Shown here piece after piece: positions 30,336 through 40,413 of a stretch of 52,215 bases of DNA; the first letter of the stretch is position 1; every line of letters begins with the position of its first letter. The DNA lies in contig CAYQOK010000002.1 of NCBI GenBank assembly GCA_964419155.1, positions 7,705 to 59,919 of the forward strand. Direction: 5' to 3'. Both the position numbers and the translations under genes were made by a program. Under the pieces are notes generated by a model that was given only the letters and a program-made list of their open reading frames with translations, ran no database searches and was not told the DNA's origin. The DNA is from Candidatus Woesearchaeota archaeon (lineage in GTDB: Archaea; Nanobdellota; Nanobdellia; Pacearchaeales; GW2011-AR1).

Positions 30336-30842
30336 CTAATAAAATAAGTCTCCTTTAGACTTCTCTCTTTCTAAAAAAGAATAAACCTTTGAATGATTAC
30401 TACCATTTATTAATTTTATTAGTGCTCTTTCTGCAATAGACACATCTTCAAAAAGCCCAATTATGCCAATAATATTATCATGGAGAACAATAGAACAGTT
30501 ACTTAAATCCTCAATATTTCTTAATGCTCTTCCATTAGTTCCAATAACCCTACTTCTTACATCTCGAATATTTGTTCTTTTTTTAATATCTTTTAAATTA
30601 ATTTTTTTAAAGATAACTCCTTCTTCTTCTAAAGTTATTGCTTTTGGAACTGTAAACCCCAGATTAACTGCTTCTATAAATCCTAACACAAAAAAAGTAT
30701 TTTCAGATTCTCCTTCAATAAATAACAACTTTCCCTTATGAGAAAGTTTAATATTAAATGTTTTTTCAATAATTTTTTTATTTTTTGTTATTTTTTGAAT
30801 ATTTTCACAATAAATTTGTTCCATATTAAAAATCGCTTCCAA
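30336..30842 (-). CDS. KH-domain RNA-binding protein (Dim2/Pno1-like)
   Basis: Has two KH-like modules, including RVIGTNGRALRNIE. The conserved archaeal position downstream of aIF-1A supports the call. Confidence 0.75.
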   Translation of the reverse strand: MEAIFNMEQIYCENIQKITKNKKIIEKTFNIKLSHKGKLLFIEGESENTFFVLGFIEAVNLGFTVPKAITLEEEGVIFKKINLKDIKKRTNIRDVRSRVIGTNGRALRNIEDLSNCSIVLHDNIIGIIGLFEDVSIAERALIKLINGSNHSKVYSFLEREKSKGDLFY

Positions 30843-31239
30843 TGTCTTTTAAAAATCCTTTTTTCTGAAGCCATACACTATCTCCAGGTTTATAGGTAAA
30901 TATAAGATCTCCTTTTTCATCTCCTTGGAATTCCCAGGGTCTAACTAATACAATATTTCCAGGCCTAGCCCAAATTTTTCTTTTTAAACCACCAGGGATT
31001 CTACAATTTCTTGTCTTTCCATCAAAACAAACCACTACCACCCTATTTGCCCCTACTCTTTGTTCAATTTTTCCTAAAACTTCTCCATTTCTTGGAGTTC
31101 TAACTCTTACTGAAAAACCAGTATTAGTTTCACTAACACCATTATTTTTTAATAAAGTATTAATTGGTTTTTTAATCTCTTTTGAAGATTCTTCAAAGTC
31201 ACCAAAATCTTCAAACTCATCTTTAAAACTGTCTCCCAT
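30826..31239 (-). CDS. eif1a: Translation initiation factor aIF-1A
   Basis: Has the S1-like OB core GEVLGKIEQRVGANRVVVVCFDGKTRNCRIPGGLKRKIW, preceded by an acidic N-terminal extension of about 35 aa. Confidence 0.9.
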   Translation of the reverse strand: MGDSFKDEFEDFGDFEESSKEIKKPINTLLKNNGVSETNTGFSVRVRTPRNGEVLGKIEQRVGANRVVVVCFDGKTRNCRIPGGLKRKIWARPGNIVLVRPWEFQGDEKGDLIFTYKPGDSVWLQKKGFLKDIGSDF

Positions 31240-31324
31240 AATAAATCAAATAACAGACTATTTTTAAACCTTGGGATAAAAACTTATATACATGAATCCT
31301 GTAATTATTTAATAAAAAGAAAAA

Positions 31325-33025
31325 ATGAGATACCTAGAGCTTTGTGAAGTATATGAAAATCTTGAAAAAAATCCTTCAAGATTAAAAAAAACAAAAATAA
31401 TTTCAGAATTCTTAAATAAACTAAAATTAAACTTTAATCAAGAAACAAAGCCAATAATCTACTTATTAAGAGGAAATGTATTTCCAGAATATGAAGAAAA
31501 AGAATTTGGAATATCCATACAAGTAACAATAAAAGCAATTTCAAAGGCAACAGGAGAATCTGAAAAAAATGTAATTGAAAGATATAAAAAAATAGGCGAT
31601 TTAGGAGATGTTGTTTTTGAAATAATTAAAAACAAGTTACAATCAACATTATTTGTAAATCAAATTAATATTTCTAATGTGATTAAAAATCTAAAAATGC
31701 TTCCTGAAATAGATGGAAAAGGAGCAATTGATAAAAAGATTGCATTAATATCTGAAATTCTTACAAGTGCAGAACCTATTGAAGGTAAATACCTAATAAG
31801 AACATTAATAAAAGACCTTAGAATAGGAGTTGGAGAAGGAACAATAAGAGATGCAATTGTTAAATCCTTCTTTAAAGAAGAGGAGTATAAAGAAGCAACA
31901 GTAAAAATACAAACTGCATTTGATCAATCCATAGATTTTGCATTAGTTTTTGAAAAAGCTATCAAGAATCAACTATCAGATATTTCTCTCTCACCTGGAA
32001 AACCAACAAAAGTAATGTTATTTTTAAAAACAAATAATATAAAAGAAGCATTTGAAAAAGTAGGAAAACCTGCTGCATTAGAATACAAATATGATGGTTT
32101 TAGAATGATGATAAATAAGTTTAATAATGAAAAAAATAAAGAAGAAATAAAAATTTTTACAAGAAAATTAGATAATGTTACAAAACAATTTCCTGATGTT
32201 GTAAACTCTATAAAGAATATAGATGCAGAATCATTTATAATTGATTGTGAAGCAGTTGGTTATGATCCAACCACAAAAAAATATATGCCATTTCAAGAAA
32301 TATCCCAAAGAATAAAAAGAAAGTACAATATAGAGATTATTGAAAAAAAACTTCCAGTTGAATTAAATGTATTTGATATCCTTTATTATAATGGAAAATC
32401 ATTAATTAATGAACCTTTTGAAAAAAGAAGAGAGATATTAGAAAAAATAATCACACCTATTTTTAGAAAAATAGTTTTAGCAAAACAAATTAAAACAAGC
32501 AATGAACTACAAGCACAAGAATTTTTTGAAAAAGCAATAAAAGATAATGTAGAAGGGTTAATGATAAAATCACTATCTGCCCCATATAAACCAGGAGCAA
32601 GAGTTGGATATGGAGTAAAATTAAAAGAAGAAGCAAAAGAATTAGATTTAGTAATTACAGGTGCAGAGTATGGGACTGGAAAAAGAGCTGGATGGCTAAC
32701 CAGTTATACCCTGTCTTGTAAAAAAGAAAATAAGTTTGTTGAAATTGGAAAAGCTTCTACAGGATTAAAAGAAAAAAAAGAATTAGGATTATCATTCATA
32801 GAATTAACAAAATTAATTAAAGATAAAATAATAAAATCAAAAGGAAGAGAAGTTATTGTGGAACCAAGTATTGTTGTTGAAGTAGGATATCAAAACATTC
32901 AAAAATCACCAACCTATAATTCTGGATATGCATTGAGATTTCCAAGAATAAAAAGATTAAGACCTGATAAAAACATACATCAAATTAGCACAATTGAAGA
33001 TATAAGAAAAGAAACAAGAAACTGA
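31325..33025 (+). CDS. lig: ATP-dependent DNA ligase
   Basis: Has the adenylation motif EYKYDGFR (KxDG), then EGLMIK, and LKEEAKELDLVITGAEYGTGKRAG. Confidence 0.92.
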   Translation: MRYLELCEVYENLEKNPSRLKKTKIISEFLNKLKLNFNQETKPIIYLLRGNVFPEYEEKEFGISIQVTIKAISKATGESEKNVIERYKKIGDLGDVVFEIIKNKLQSTLFVNQINISNVIKNLKMLPEIDGKGAIDKKIALISEILTSAEPIEGKYLIRTLIKDLRIGVGEGTIRDAIVKSFFKEEEYKEATVKIQTAFDQSIDFALVFEKAIKNQLSDISLSPGKPTKVMLFLKTNNIKEAFEKVGKPAALEYKYDGFRMMINKFNNEKNKEEIKIFTRKLDNVTKQFPDVVNSIKNIDAESFIIDCEAVGYDPTTKKYMPFQEISQRIKRKYNIEIIEKKLPVELNVFDILYYNGKSLINEPFEKRREILEKIITPIFRKIVLAKQIKTSNELQAQEFFEKAIKDNVEGLMIKSLSAPYKPGARVGYGVKLKEEAKELDLVITGAEYGTGKRAGWLTSYTLSCKKENKFVEIGKASTGLKEKKELGLSFIELTKLIKDKIIKSKGREVIVEPSIVVEVGYQNIQKSPTYNSGYALRFPRIKRLRPDKNIHQISTIEDIRKETRN

Positions 33026-33100
33026 AATTCATTTAAAAGCAAAAAAATACTCCTCGACAAAAATACAAGCATTTAAAAACCCTAATTACTTAAATGTATA

Positions 33101-33658
33101 ATGACAAAGACACCAGGTTCATTAAAGATACAAAATATTGTAGCTACAACTTCTCTAGAAAAAGAAATTCCATTAACAAAACTTGCAAGAACACTTACTA
33201 ATACAGAATATAATCCTGAGCAGTTTCCTGGATTAGTATTAAGAATAAAACAACCAAAATCAGCTGTTTTAGTATTTTCATCTGGAAATTTAGTATGCAC
33301 TGGAACAAAATCAGTTCAACAAGTAAAACAAGTAGTAGAAGAAGTTATAAAACAACTAAAAAAAATAAATATTACTATAAAAATAAAACCTAAAATAACT
33401 GTTCAGAATATAGTTGCATCAGGAAGCATTGATATGAATCTTAATCTCAATTTTCTTGCATTAGAACTTGAAAATACAGAATATGAACCTGAGCAGTTTC
33501 CTGGATTAGTTTATAAGTTAGAAAAACCAAATGCAACATTTTTATTATTTTCCAATGGAAAACTAGTTTGTACTGGAACAAAAAACAGAGCTCAATTAGA
33601 AGATTCAATGGAACAACTAATAAAAAAGACAAAAGAAATCACAAAAGACTCTAAATAA
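33101..33658 (+). CDS. tbp: TATA-box binding protein
   Basis: Has two direct repeats, each with IQNIVA...EYNPEQFPGLV...LVFSSGKLVCTG. Confidence 0.95.
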   Translation: MTKTPGSLKIQNIVATTSLEKEIPLTKLARTLTNTEYNPEQFPGLVLRIKQPKSAVLVFSSGNLVCTGTKSVQQVKQVVEEVIKQLKKINITIKIKPKITVQNIVASGSIDMNLNLNFLALELENTEYEPEQFPGLVYKLEKPNATFLLFSNGKLVCTGTKNRAQLEDSMEQLIKKTKEITKDSK

Positions 33659-33730
33659 TAGAGAGTTTTAATAATTAAGCTTATTCTTTAAAACAGAAAA
33701 CAATATAAAGAAAATCTATTTTCTAATACT

Positions 33731-35746
33731 ATGGCAGAAAAAAGGGAAACTGAAGAATTATTAATTGAATCAAGAGGATTTTTTGAAACTTATAAAAAAG
33801 AGATAGGAAAGAGTATAAGACAGGATAAAAAAGTAATAGAAGTTAATTTTGAAGATATTTCTACATTTTCTCCTACTCTAGCAGAAGATATCTTATCAAG
33901 ACCAGAAGAACTAATACAAATATTGGAAATTGCATTAGAAGATACGGGACTAATAAAAAATGCAAGAGTAAGATTCATAAATGTGCCTAAAACACAGGAG
34001 CTAAGGATAGCCCACATAAGAGCAAAACACCTAAATAAACTTATTTCTATGGAAGGAATTGTAAGGCAAGCCTCAGATGTAAGACCACAAGTAGTTAATG
34101 CCAAATTTGAATGTCCTAGTTGTGGAACAATTATTTCTGTATTGCAAATTGAGAAGAAATTTAGAGAACCTTCTAGATGTAGTTGTGGAAGAAGAGGTCA
34201 ATTTAATTTAATCAGTAAAGAAATGGTAGATGCACAAAGACTAATAATAGAAGAAAGTCCTGAATCTTTAATTGGTGGAGAACAACCAAGAAGAATGTCT
34301 GTCTTTCTAAAAGAAGACCTTGTTGAACCAAGAATGGAAAAAAGAACAACTCCGGGAAGTAGGGTAAGAGTTTTAGGAATTTTAAAAGAAGTCCCAATTC
34401 CACTTCAAACAGGATCTATATCAACAAGATTTGAATTAGCTGTAGAAGCAAATAATGTTATTCCCCTGGAAGAAACATTTGAAGAATTAAAAATAAGCGA
34501 CGAGGATGAAAGAGAAATTGAAGAATTATCTATTGATCCAAAACTATTTGATAAATTATCTGAAAGTATTGCTCCAAGTATCTGGGGTTATGAAGAAATA
34601 AAAAAAGCATTAGTATTACAAATGTTTGGGGGTGTAAGAAAAGTAAATTCAGATGGAAGTATTAAAAGAGGGGATGTGCACATATTTTTAATTGGAGATC
34701 CAGGAGTTGCAAAAAGTATAACTTTAAAATTTATTGCAGATATGGCTCCAAAAGGAAGATATATTGTAGGTAAAGCAGCTTCTGGAGCAGGTATAACTGC
34801 CACAGTTGTTAGAGATGAATATCTAAAAGGATGGAGTCTTGAAGCCGGAGCAATTGTCCTTGCCAATAAAGGAATTGTTTGTATTGATGAATTAGAAAAA
34901 ATGGATCCTAATGATAGAAGTGCAATGCATGAAGCAATGGAACAACAAACAGTAACAATTAGTAAAGCAAATGTTCAAGCCACACTTCAAGCACAAACAT
35001 CTGTATTAGCTGCTGGAAATCCAAAATTAGGAAGATTCGAACCTTTTCAACCAATAGCACAACAAATAGATCTTCCCCCTGCACTAATTAATAGATTTGA
35101 TATCATTTTTACATTAAGAGACCTTCCAGACAAATATAGAGATGAGTCTATAGCAGCACATGTATTATCTGAACATCAAAGAAAAATAAAAGAAGTCTTT
35201 GTGAGTAGAGATTTATTTAGAAAATATGTAGCATTTGCAAAACAAAAATTTGAACCCCTACTAACTGATGAAGCTGTTGAAGAGATAAAAAAATTCTATG
35301 TTGGACTAAGAAATATGCCTGTGATGTCAGATTCAATGTTAAGACCAATACCCATATCTGCTAGACAATTACAGTCAATTGTAAGATTAACAGAAGCTCA
35401 TGCTAGAATGAGATTAAGTAAAAAAGCTACAAAAGATGATGCAAAAGTAGCAATAGATTTGATAAAGTATTATTTAATGCAAGTAGGTTATGACAGCGAA
35501 ACAAAAACATTTGATATTGATAAAATTTCAACAGGTGTATCAACCAGCCAAAGAAGTAAGGTCATATTATTAAGAGAACTACTATCAAAATTAGAAGAAA
35601 GATTAGGCAAGTTTATTCCAATAGAAGAAGTTGAAAAAGAATTAGAAGGAAAAATGAGTATAGATGAAATAAGTGATTCAATACAAAAGTTAGTTGCTTC
35701 AGGAGATGTATTTAGACCTAGAAAAGGATTTATCCAAAGAATATAA
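33731..35746 (+). CDS. mcm: MCM replicative helicase
   Basis: Has a Zn motif CPSCG...CSCG, Walker A GDPGVAKS, Walker B CIDELEKM, the arginine finger SRFD-like NRFDII, and a C-terminal wH. Confidence 0.95.
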   Translation: MAEKRETEELLIESRGFFETYKKEIGKSIRQDKKVIEVNFEDISTFSPTLAEDILSRPEELIQILEIALEDTGLIKNARVRFINVPKTQELRIAHIRAKHLNKLISMEGIVRQASDVRPQVVNAKFECPSCGTIISVLQIEKKFREPSRCSCGRRGQFNLISKEMVDAQRLIIEESPESLIGGEQPRRMSVFLKEDLVEPRMEKRTTPGSRVRVLGILKEVPIPLQTGSISTRFELAVEANNVIPLEETFEELKISDEDEREIEELSIDPKLFDKLSESIAPSIWGYEEIKKALVLQMFGGVRKVNSDGSIKRGDVHIFLIGDPGVAKSITLKFIADMAPKGRYIVGKAASGAGITATVVRDEYLKGWSLEAGAIVLANKGIVCIDELEKMDPNDRSAMHEAMEQQTVTISKANVQATLQAQTSVLAAGNPKLGRFEPFQPIAQQIDLPPALINRFDIIFTLRDLPDKYRDESIAAHVLSEHQRKIKEVFVSRDLFRKYVAFAKQKFEPLLTDEAVEEIKKFYVGLRNMPVMSDSMLRPIPISARQLQSIVRLTEAHARMRLSKKATKDDAKVAIDLIKYYLMQVGYDSETKTFDIDKISTGVSTSQRSKVILLRELLSKLEERLGKFIPIEEVEKELEGKMSIDEISDSIQKLVASGDVFRPRKGFIQRI

Positions 35747-35770
35747 AAACCCTGATTTTTTTAAAATAAA

Positions 35771-36421
35771 ATGGCAGAAATAAGAAAAAGAGAAGTAGCA
35801 TATAAAATGAAAATAGGAAGCATAATAGGGGGAGAACCTATTATTGAAAACATAGAAGGAAAAGAAAAATTAAATTTTATATTATTAGGAAATAAACAAA
35901 TACAAAGAGTTAATGTTGTTGCAAATGTAATTGATAAGTTCATATCAGAATCTTCCCCAGAATCTAAGGGATTTGGATCCCTAACAATTGATGATGCCTC
36001 AGGACAAATTCAATTAAAAGTATTTGGTGAAGATATTTCTAAAATAGAAAATTTAGATCAAGGCGATACAGTAATTGTTATTGGATTATTAAGATCCTTT
36101 AATAAACAATTATATATTATTCCTGAAATAATAAAAAAAGTAGATATCAAATATTTATTAGTAAGAAAACTAGAATTAGAACTTCAAAATGGTTCTGAAA
36201 AATCTCAAGAAGAACCTGTTCAAGATGATAAAAAAATTCAGATAAGAGAACAGATAATCAACTTAATAAGAGAATCTGAAGAACAAGGGGGAATAACTAC
36301 AGAAGACCTTATATTAAAAGTAAATTCAGAACCTGAAATAATAAACTCTGAAATAACTAGATTATTAGAAGAAGGAATTGTTTATCAGCCCAGACCTGGA
36401 AGAATAAGATATCTTGGATAG
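35771..36421 (+). CDS. OB-fold plus C-terminal winged-helix protein (RPA32/Stn1-like)
   Basis: Has the OB pattern VNVVANVIDKF...LTIDDASGQIQLKVFG...GDTVIVIGLLRSF and a C-terminal wH (ITRLLEEGIVYQPRPGRIRY). It starts 25 nt after mcm. Confidence 0.5.
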   Translation: MAEIRKREVAYKMKIGSIIGGEPIIENIEGKEKLNFILLGNKQIQRVNVVANVIDKFISESSPESKGFGSLTIDDASGQIQLKVFGEDISKIENLDQGDTVIVIGLLRSFNKQLYIIPEIIKKVDIKYLLVRKLELELQNGSEKSQEEPVQDDKKIQIREQIINLIRESEEQGGITTEDLILKVNSEPEIINSEITRLLEEGIVYQPRPGRIRYLG

Positions 36422-36464
36422 TTATTTTCAACACTTTTAAAAACCCCTTTTGTGTATTAAATCT

Positions 36465-36866
36465 ATGGAAGATTATAACACCCTATTAGACAAGGCATAT
36501 AAAGAAATAAAGCCAGTCGAAAGCAAGATAAGCAGATTTGAAGTTCCTAAAGTAGAGGGAAGAATTGAAGGACAAAAAACAATAATAACTAATTTTAAAC
36601 ATATATGTAGTTATCTGAGAAGAGACCCAAATCAGGTGTTAAAGTTTTTACTAAGAGCAACTGCTGCACCAGGCTCAATTAAAGGTGAAAATTTAGTATT
36701 AATAAGAAAAATTTCAAGCAAAATAATTAATGAAAAAATACAACTATATGTTGAACAATATGTCTTATGTAAAGAATGCAAAAAACCAGATACTGAATTA
36801 ATTAAAAAAGACAAAATAACTTATATCCACTGTTTAGCTTGTGGAGCAAATAAACCAATTAAATAA
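36465..36866 (+). CDS. eif2b: Translation initiation factor aIF-2 beta
   Basis: Has YNTLLDKAY, TIITNF..I and the C-terminal Zn ribbon CKECKKPDT...CLACG. The ATG at 36465 is preferred to the alternative start at 36450. Confidence 0.85.
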   Translation: MEDYNTLLDKAYKEIKPVESKISRFEVPKVEGRIEGQKTIITNFKHICSYLRRDPNQVLKFLLRATAAPGSIKGENLVLIRKISSKIINEKIQLYVEQYVLCKECKKPDTELIKKDKITYIHCLACGANKPIK

Positions 36867-36873
36867 TTAATTT

Positions 36874-37548
36874 TTATAATTTATATTCTTTAAAAAACAT
36901 AATTGCTCTAAAAATCTCAGCAACAAAAAGTATGAAAAATCCAATAAAAATGATTATTGAAAAAGCACCAACAATATAAAAAATACCAATTAACTTAGAG
37001 TATTTAGGTTCTTTTTTAAATTTTAAAAAACCAATTCCTAACAAAATATAAGAAATAAAAATAAAACCAAGAGATAATAAAGCTAAAATCAAAAAAGGTT
37101 TAATTAAAAAAATAAATTCAGAATAATCTTCAGGATTTTCTAGATCAAATTGACCATTCTCTATCTTTTCATTAAAAGAATTTAATTCAGAAAAAAAAGA
37201 ATTATAATCAATTGAATTAAGTATATAAGTAACAGATATAAAATATATGATTATTAAGCAAAAATTAACAATTATAAAAATCTTAAGAAATTTATTATTA
37301 TATTTCTTTGATAAAAAATAAACTGAAATCAAACAAATTAAATTTGAAAAAAGCATTAAAATAAAAAAAATGGAATTTAAAAATAAAAGTCCAATAACAG
37401 AAACAAGAAATACAATAGAAGAAATAAATGCAACTAAAAAAAGTTTTGGATTATTCTCTAATCTTAATTTTTTATGAGGATTTTCTTTTAATTCTCTTTT
37501 AATCACTTCTTTTTTAATCACTTCTTTTTTATTGACTTTCTTAACCAT
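36874..37548 (-). CDS. Multi-pass membrane protein, unknown function
   Basis: Has at least five hydrophobic helices and a Lys-rich N-terminus. Confidence 0.5.
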   Translation of the reverse strand: MVKKVNKKEVIKKEVIKRELKENPHKKLRLENNPKLFLVAFISSIVFLVSVIGLLFLNSIFFILMLFSNLICLISVYFLSKKYNNKFLKIFIIVNFCLIIIYFISVTYILNSIDYNSFFSELNSFNEKIENGQFDLENPEDYSEFIFLIKPFLILALLSLGFIFISYILLGIGFLKFKKEPKYSKLIGIFYIVGAFSIIIFIGFFILFVAEIFRAIMFFKEYKL

Positions 37549-37675
37549 ACAATCTATTAGAATAGTAATGTTTAAAAAGTTTACTAAAATATCTAAAAAA
37601 CATTAAAATGAATTTTGAAAAAGTTTAAAAACAACTTTAACTATAGAAGATTAACTAAACTGGAGAAAGGAGGAT

Positions 37676-37849
37676 ATGGCAAAAGAAAAACTAAGTTTTT
37701 ATGACGTAAAAACAAAAGCAAAATTTGAAACAGATGAATTCAAAGTTGTTGAGAAAAGTGGAAGATGGTTTGCAGTTGCAAAATCAAAAGCAGGAACCCA
37801 TGACTGTTGGAGAGTCTTATCAAAAGATCAAGCTCAAAAGTTAAAATAG
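37676..37849 (+). CDS. Small basic 57-aa protein (possible nucleic-acid binder), absent from the ORF track
   Basis: Hand translation gives MAKEKLSFYDVKTKAKFETDEFKVVEKSGRWFAVAKSKAGTHDCWRVLSKDQAQKLK. A strong GGAGAAAGGAGGA sequence lies just upstream of the ATG. Confidence 0.6.
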   Translation: MAKEKLSFYDVKTKAKFETDEFKVVEKSGRWFAVAKSKAGTHDCWRVLSKDQAQKLK

Positions 37850-37879
37850 ATTTACAATTTTATATTTATATTTATTAAT

Positions 37880-38176
37880 ATGTTAGTAAAAATTCATTCT
37901 TCTTATAGAACTGTCGTTGCTATCTGTGATGAGGATTTAATTGGAAAAAAATTTGAAGAAGAAAATAAACAAATAGAATTAACAGAACATTTTTTTAAAG
38001 GAGAAGAAAAAACACCTGAAGAAGTTCTTGAAATAATAGAAAAACAATCGAGAGAAGATGCTACATTTAATATTGTAGGACAAAAATCAGTAAACATTGC
38101 ATTAGAATCTGGAATAATAAAAGAAGAAGGTATAATAAAAATCAAAGAAATTCCTATTGCATTAGTTTTAATTTAA
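37880..38176 (+). CDS. DUF424-family protein
   Basis: MLVKIHSSYRTVVAICDEDLIGKKFEE matches the DUF424 N-terminal pattern. Confidence 0.7.
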   Translation: MLVKIHSSYRTVVAICDEDLIGKKFEEENKQIELTEHFFKGEEKTPEEVLEIIEKQSREDATFNIVGQKSVNIALESGIIKEEGIIKIKEIPIALVLI

Positions 38177-38195
38177 AAATTAAATTTATTAAAAA

Positions 38196-38768
38196 TTACT
38201 TTCCTTTTCTATCCCAAGATCTTAAACTTGGTCTAACTTTCATATTCCTACTTTTGGTTCTTAGACCTCTGCTTTTTTTAGCTGATGAAGTTAATCCCCG
38301 ATAAACTCGTTTAGTATGTTTTGGTTTAGTTATCCATTTTAAAGTTCTATCTGACTTTATCTCTGGTTTAGTTGGATCAACCATAATTATTTCATAAAAA
38401 TAATGTTTTCCATCTTTTCCAATATTGTAACTATTTAATACTTCTAGATTATTATATTTTTTCTGAGCTCTTTGTTCAGCAATCCACTTATAATTAACCT
38501 TTAAAACCAATTTAGGAGTTTGTTTTTTAGTCATTCTTTTTTTATTTGGCCTACTCCTTCTATGACCTCCTCTCCTAACCCTGACCCTTACAATAACAAT
38601 TCCTTTTTTTGCTTTATATCCTAATGATCTTGCCCTATCAATTCTTAATGGTTTTTCTACTTTTACAACAGATTCAGATTTTCTCCACTCAATCATCCTA
38701 GTCTTTAAAGTAGAATTATCTGGCTTTTTCCAAGCTTCTCTTAAATAAGAATATAATCCTTTTACCAT
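38196..38768 (-). CDS. rpl15e: 50S ribosomal protein L15e
   Basis: Begins with GLYSYLREAWKKP and has highly basic R/K-rich segments. Confidence 0.95.
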   Translation of the reverse strand: MVKGLYSYLREAWKKPDNSTLKTRMIEWRKSESVVKVEKPLRIDRARSLGYKAKKGIVIVRVRVRRGGHRRSRPNKKRMTKKQTPKLVLKVNYKWIAEQRAQKKYNNLEVLNSYNIGKDGKHYFYEIIMVDPTKPEIKSDRTLKWITKPKHTKRVYRGLTSSAKKSRGLRTKSRNMKVRPSLRSWDRKGK

Positions 38769-38815
38769 TATAAGTTTAAAATCAGGGTGTTTTTAAATGT
38801 TATTATCTAAAAAAA

Positions 38816-38889
38816 TGAGCCTGCTCGGATTTGAACCGAGGACCCCCACCTTATCAGAGTGATGCGCTACCGGGCTGCGCCACAGGCTC
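38816..38889 (-). tRNA. tRNA-Ile (anticodon GAU)
   Basis: The reverse complement folds as acceptor GAGCCTG/CAGGCTC, D arm GCGC/GCGC, anticodon loop CTGATAA, T arm CTCGG-TTCAAAT-CCGAG. Confidence 0.85.
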
Positions 38890-38951
38890 ATAATATTTAA
38901 TCCAATAAATCAGCATTTATAAAATTTCTTATAGCAGAAAAATCTAAAAAA

Positions 38952-39608
38952 TTAGTTTTTACCTTGAAATTCTAGGAATAATTTATTATTTTTGAGATAA
39001 TAAGAAACTAATGGGAGTGAAACTGGTAGATTTTTAAACAAAACCATATCTTTATCAAAAGCCTTAATTTCAATTGAATCCTCTAATTTATTGATTAAGA
39101 GATTATCAAAAGAATCAACTTGTCCAATATCCACTTCATAAATTATTTTATTTCCAATTCTTTTTAATTTTGATTCTGTTTCTTTTCTAGGTAGTTTTAA
39201 AGATTTTTTAATTATTTTATCTGAAGGAGAAGGAAATCGAATCTTTTTTTGCTGTTTATTTAAACCAGGATTATTACCAATATTAACTCTTTGGCCATTA
39301 ATAAAAAGCTCAAAGTTACCTAATGAATTTTCAGAATTTTTTTTATCTTGTGTTTCATAATCTTTTATCGCTTTTTCCATTTCTTTTTCAATCATTGAAA
39401 AAACCTTATTAAACATCCTACCAACAAAGGGACCTCCAAAAAGGTTTTCAGAAGAGTCTTGTTTAAAATCTTCCATATTATCGTTTTTACCAAGTAATCC
39501 ATAATCAGAAGCATCGCTATCAGAATTAACTGAAAAACCACAATAAGGACAAAAAGAATGGCTTTTTTTTATTCTCTCTTTACAATTAGGACATTTTTTC
39601 CAAAACAT
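38952..39608 (-). CDS. Zn-ribbon protein with possible Hsp20/alpha-crystallin-like C-terminal domain
   Basis: Has N-terminal CPNC...CPYCG. The C-terminal beta-rich IYEVDIGQVDSFDNLLINKLEDSIEIKAF resembles an ACD, which is tentative. Confidence 0.5.
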   Translation of the reverse strand: MFWKKCPNCKERIKKSHSFCPYCGFSVNSDSDASDYGLLGKNDNMEDFKQDSSENLFGGPFVGRMFNKVFSMIEKEMEKAIKDYETQDKKNSENSLGNFELFINGQRVNIGNNPGLNKQQKKIRFPSPSDKIIKKSLKLPRKETESKLKRIGNKIIYEVDIGQVDSFDNLLINKLEDSIEIKAFDKDMVLFKNLPVSLPLVSYYLKNNKLFLEFQGKN

Positions 39609-39714
39609 AATTTATAAAATAGGTTAAATAAGTTTAAAAACCTTATTATGTCTAGAAACAAAAAATAAAATATAAATACAAAAAATTTATAATAACTAAA
39701 TAACAAAGAATAAA

Positions 39715-40380
39715 ATGGTAAAAGAGGAAATTTTAGAAAGATATAATTTAAATTTAAAAAAATTAGAAGAAGAACAGAAAAAATTATCAAAATTAATAAA
39801 AATAAAAGATATTTTTGACTTTTCTCTAATAACTAAGATAGGTGCAATAGAATGTATTGCTATAAAAAATAATGTTATAACAAGTATAATTGTTTTTTCA
39901 AAAAACATGGAAATTTTAGAACAAGCCTATGTTATAGAAAAATTAAGATTCCCATATATATTTGGTTTTAAATCATATCGATTCATACCTTCAATGATTA
40001 TGGCATTTCAAAAACTTCAAGAAAAACCAGATTTAATAATCCTTGAAGGAGAAGGAATAAATCACTTAAGATTAGGAATATCAAGTCACCTATCTCTTGC
40101 ACTTGAAGGAATACCTACAATAGGAATAACAGATAGATTATTTGAAGAAAATAAAACAAAAAAAGAAGATATTTTAATGGACAATAAAAAAGTAGGAAAG
40201 ATACTACTAAGTAAAATTGGAAGTAAACCCTTATACATCTGCCCTGGAAATAATATCTCCATAACAACTTCTTACAATCTGATTAAAACAATGATTATTC
40301 CCCCCCATAAAATGCCAGAACCCCTTCATATTACAAGAAAATATGCAAAAGGAATCCAAAAGGAATTGGGATTAAAATAA
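39715..40380 (+). CDS. nfi: Endonuclease V
   Basis: Has FPYIFGFKSYRFIP, PDLIILEGEGINHLRLGISSHL and PTIGITDRL in the EndoV order. Confidence 0.8.
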   Translation: MVKEEILERYNLNLKKLEEEQKKLSKLIKIKDIFDFSLITKIGAIECIAIKNNVITSIIVFSKNMEILEQAYVIEKLRFPYIFGFKSYRFIPSMIMAFQKLQEKPDLIILEGEGINHLRLGISSHLSLALEGIPTIGITDRLFEENKTKKEDILMDNKKVGKILLSKIGSKPLYICPGNNISITTSYNLIKTMIIPPHKMPEPLHITRKYAKGIQKELGLK

Positions 40381-40413
40381 AAAACTTAATAAATAACAAT
40401 TCCATAGAGATTT

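Noticed and set aside
215-35943. Many short ORFs antisense to long conserved genes. Examples: 215..430, 1686..1952, 4816..5013, 5905..6096, 8069..8287, 18682..19005, 25608..25838, 28315..28605, 30463..30741, 33082..33300, 34588..34866, 35761..35943.
   Set aside because: Each is embedded opposite a gene with clear family motifs and has low-complexity, hydrophobic junk-like translation. These are shadow ORFs typical of AT-rich DNA.
39569-39908. Two overlapping minus-strand ORFs (39569..39790, 39696..39908) upstream of and overlapping nfi
   Set aside because: They give Phe/Ile/Leu-rich low-complexity translations of an A/T-rich promoter region and overlap the well-supported endonuclease V gene.
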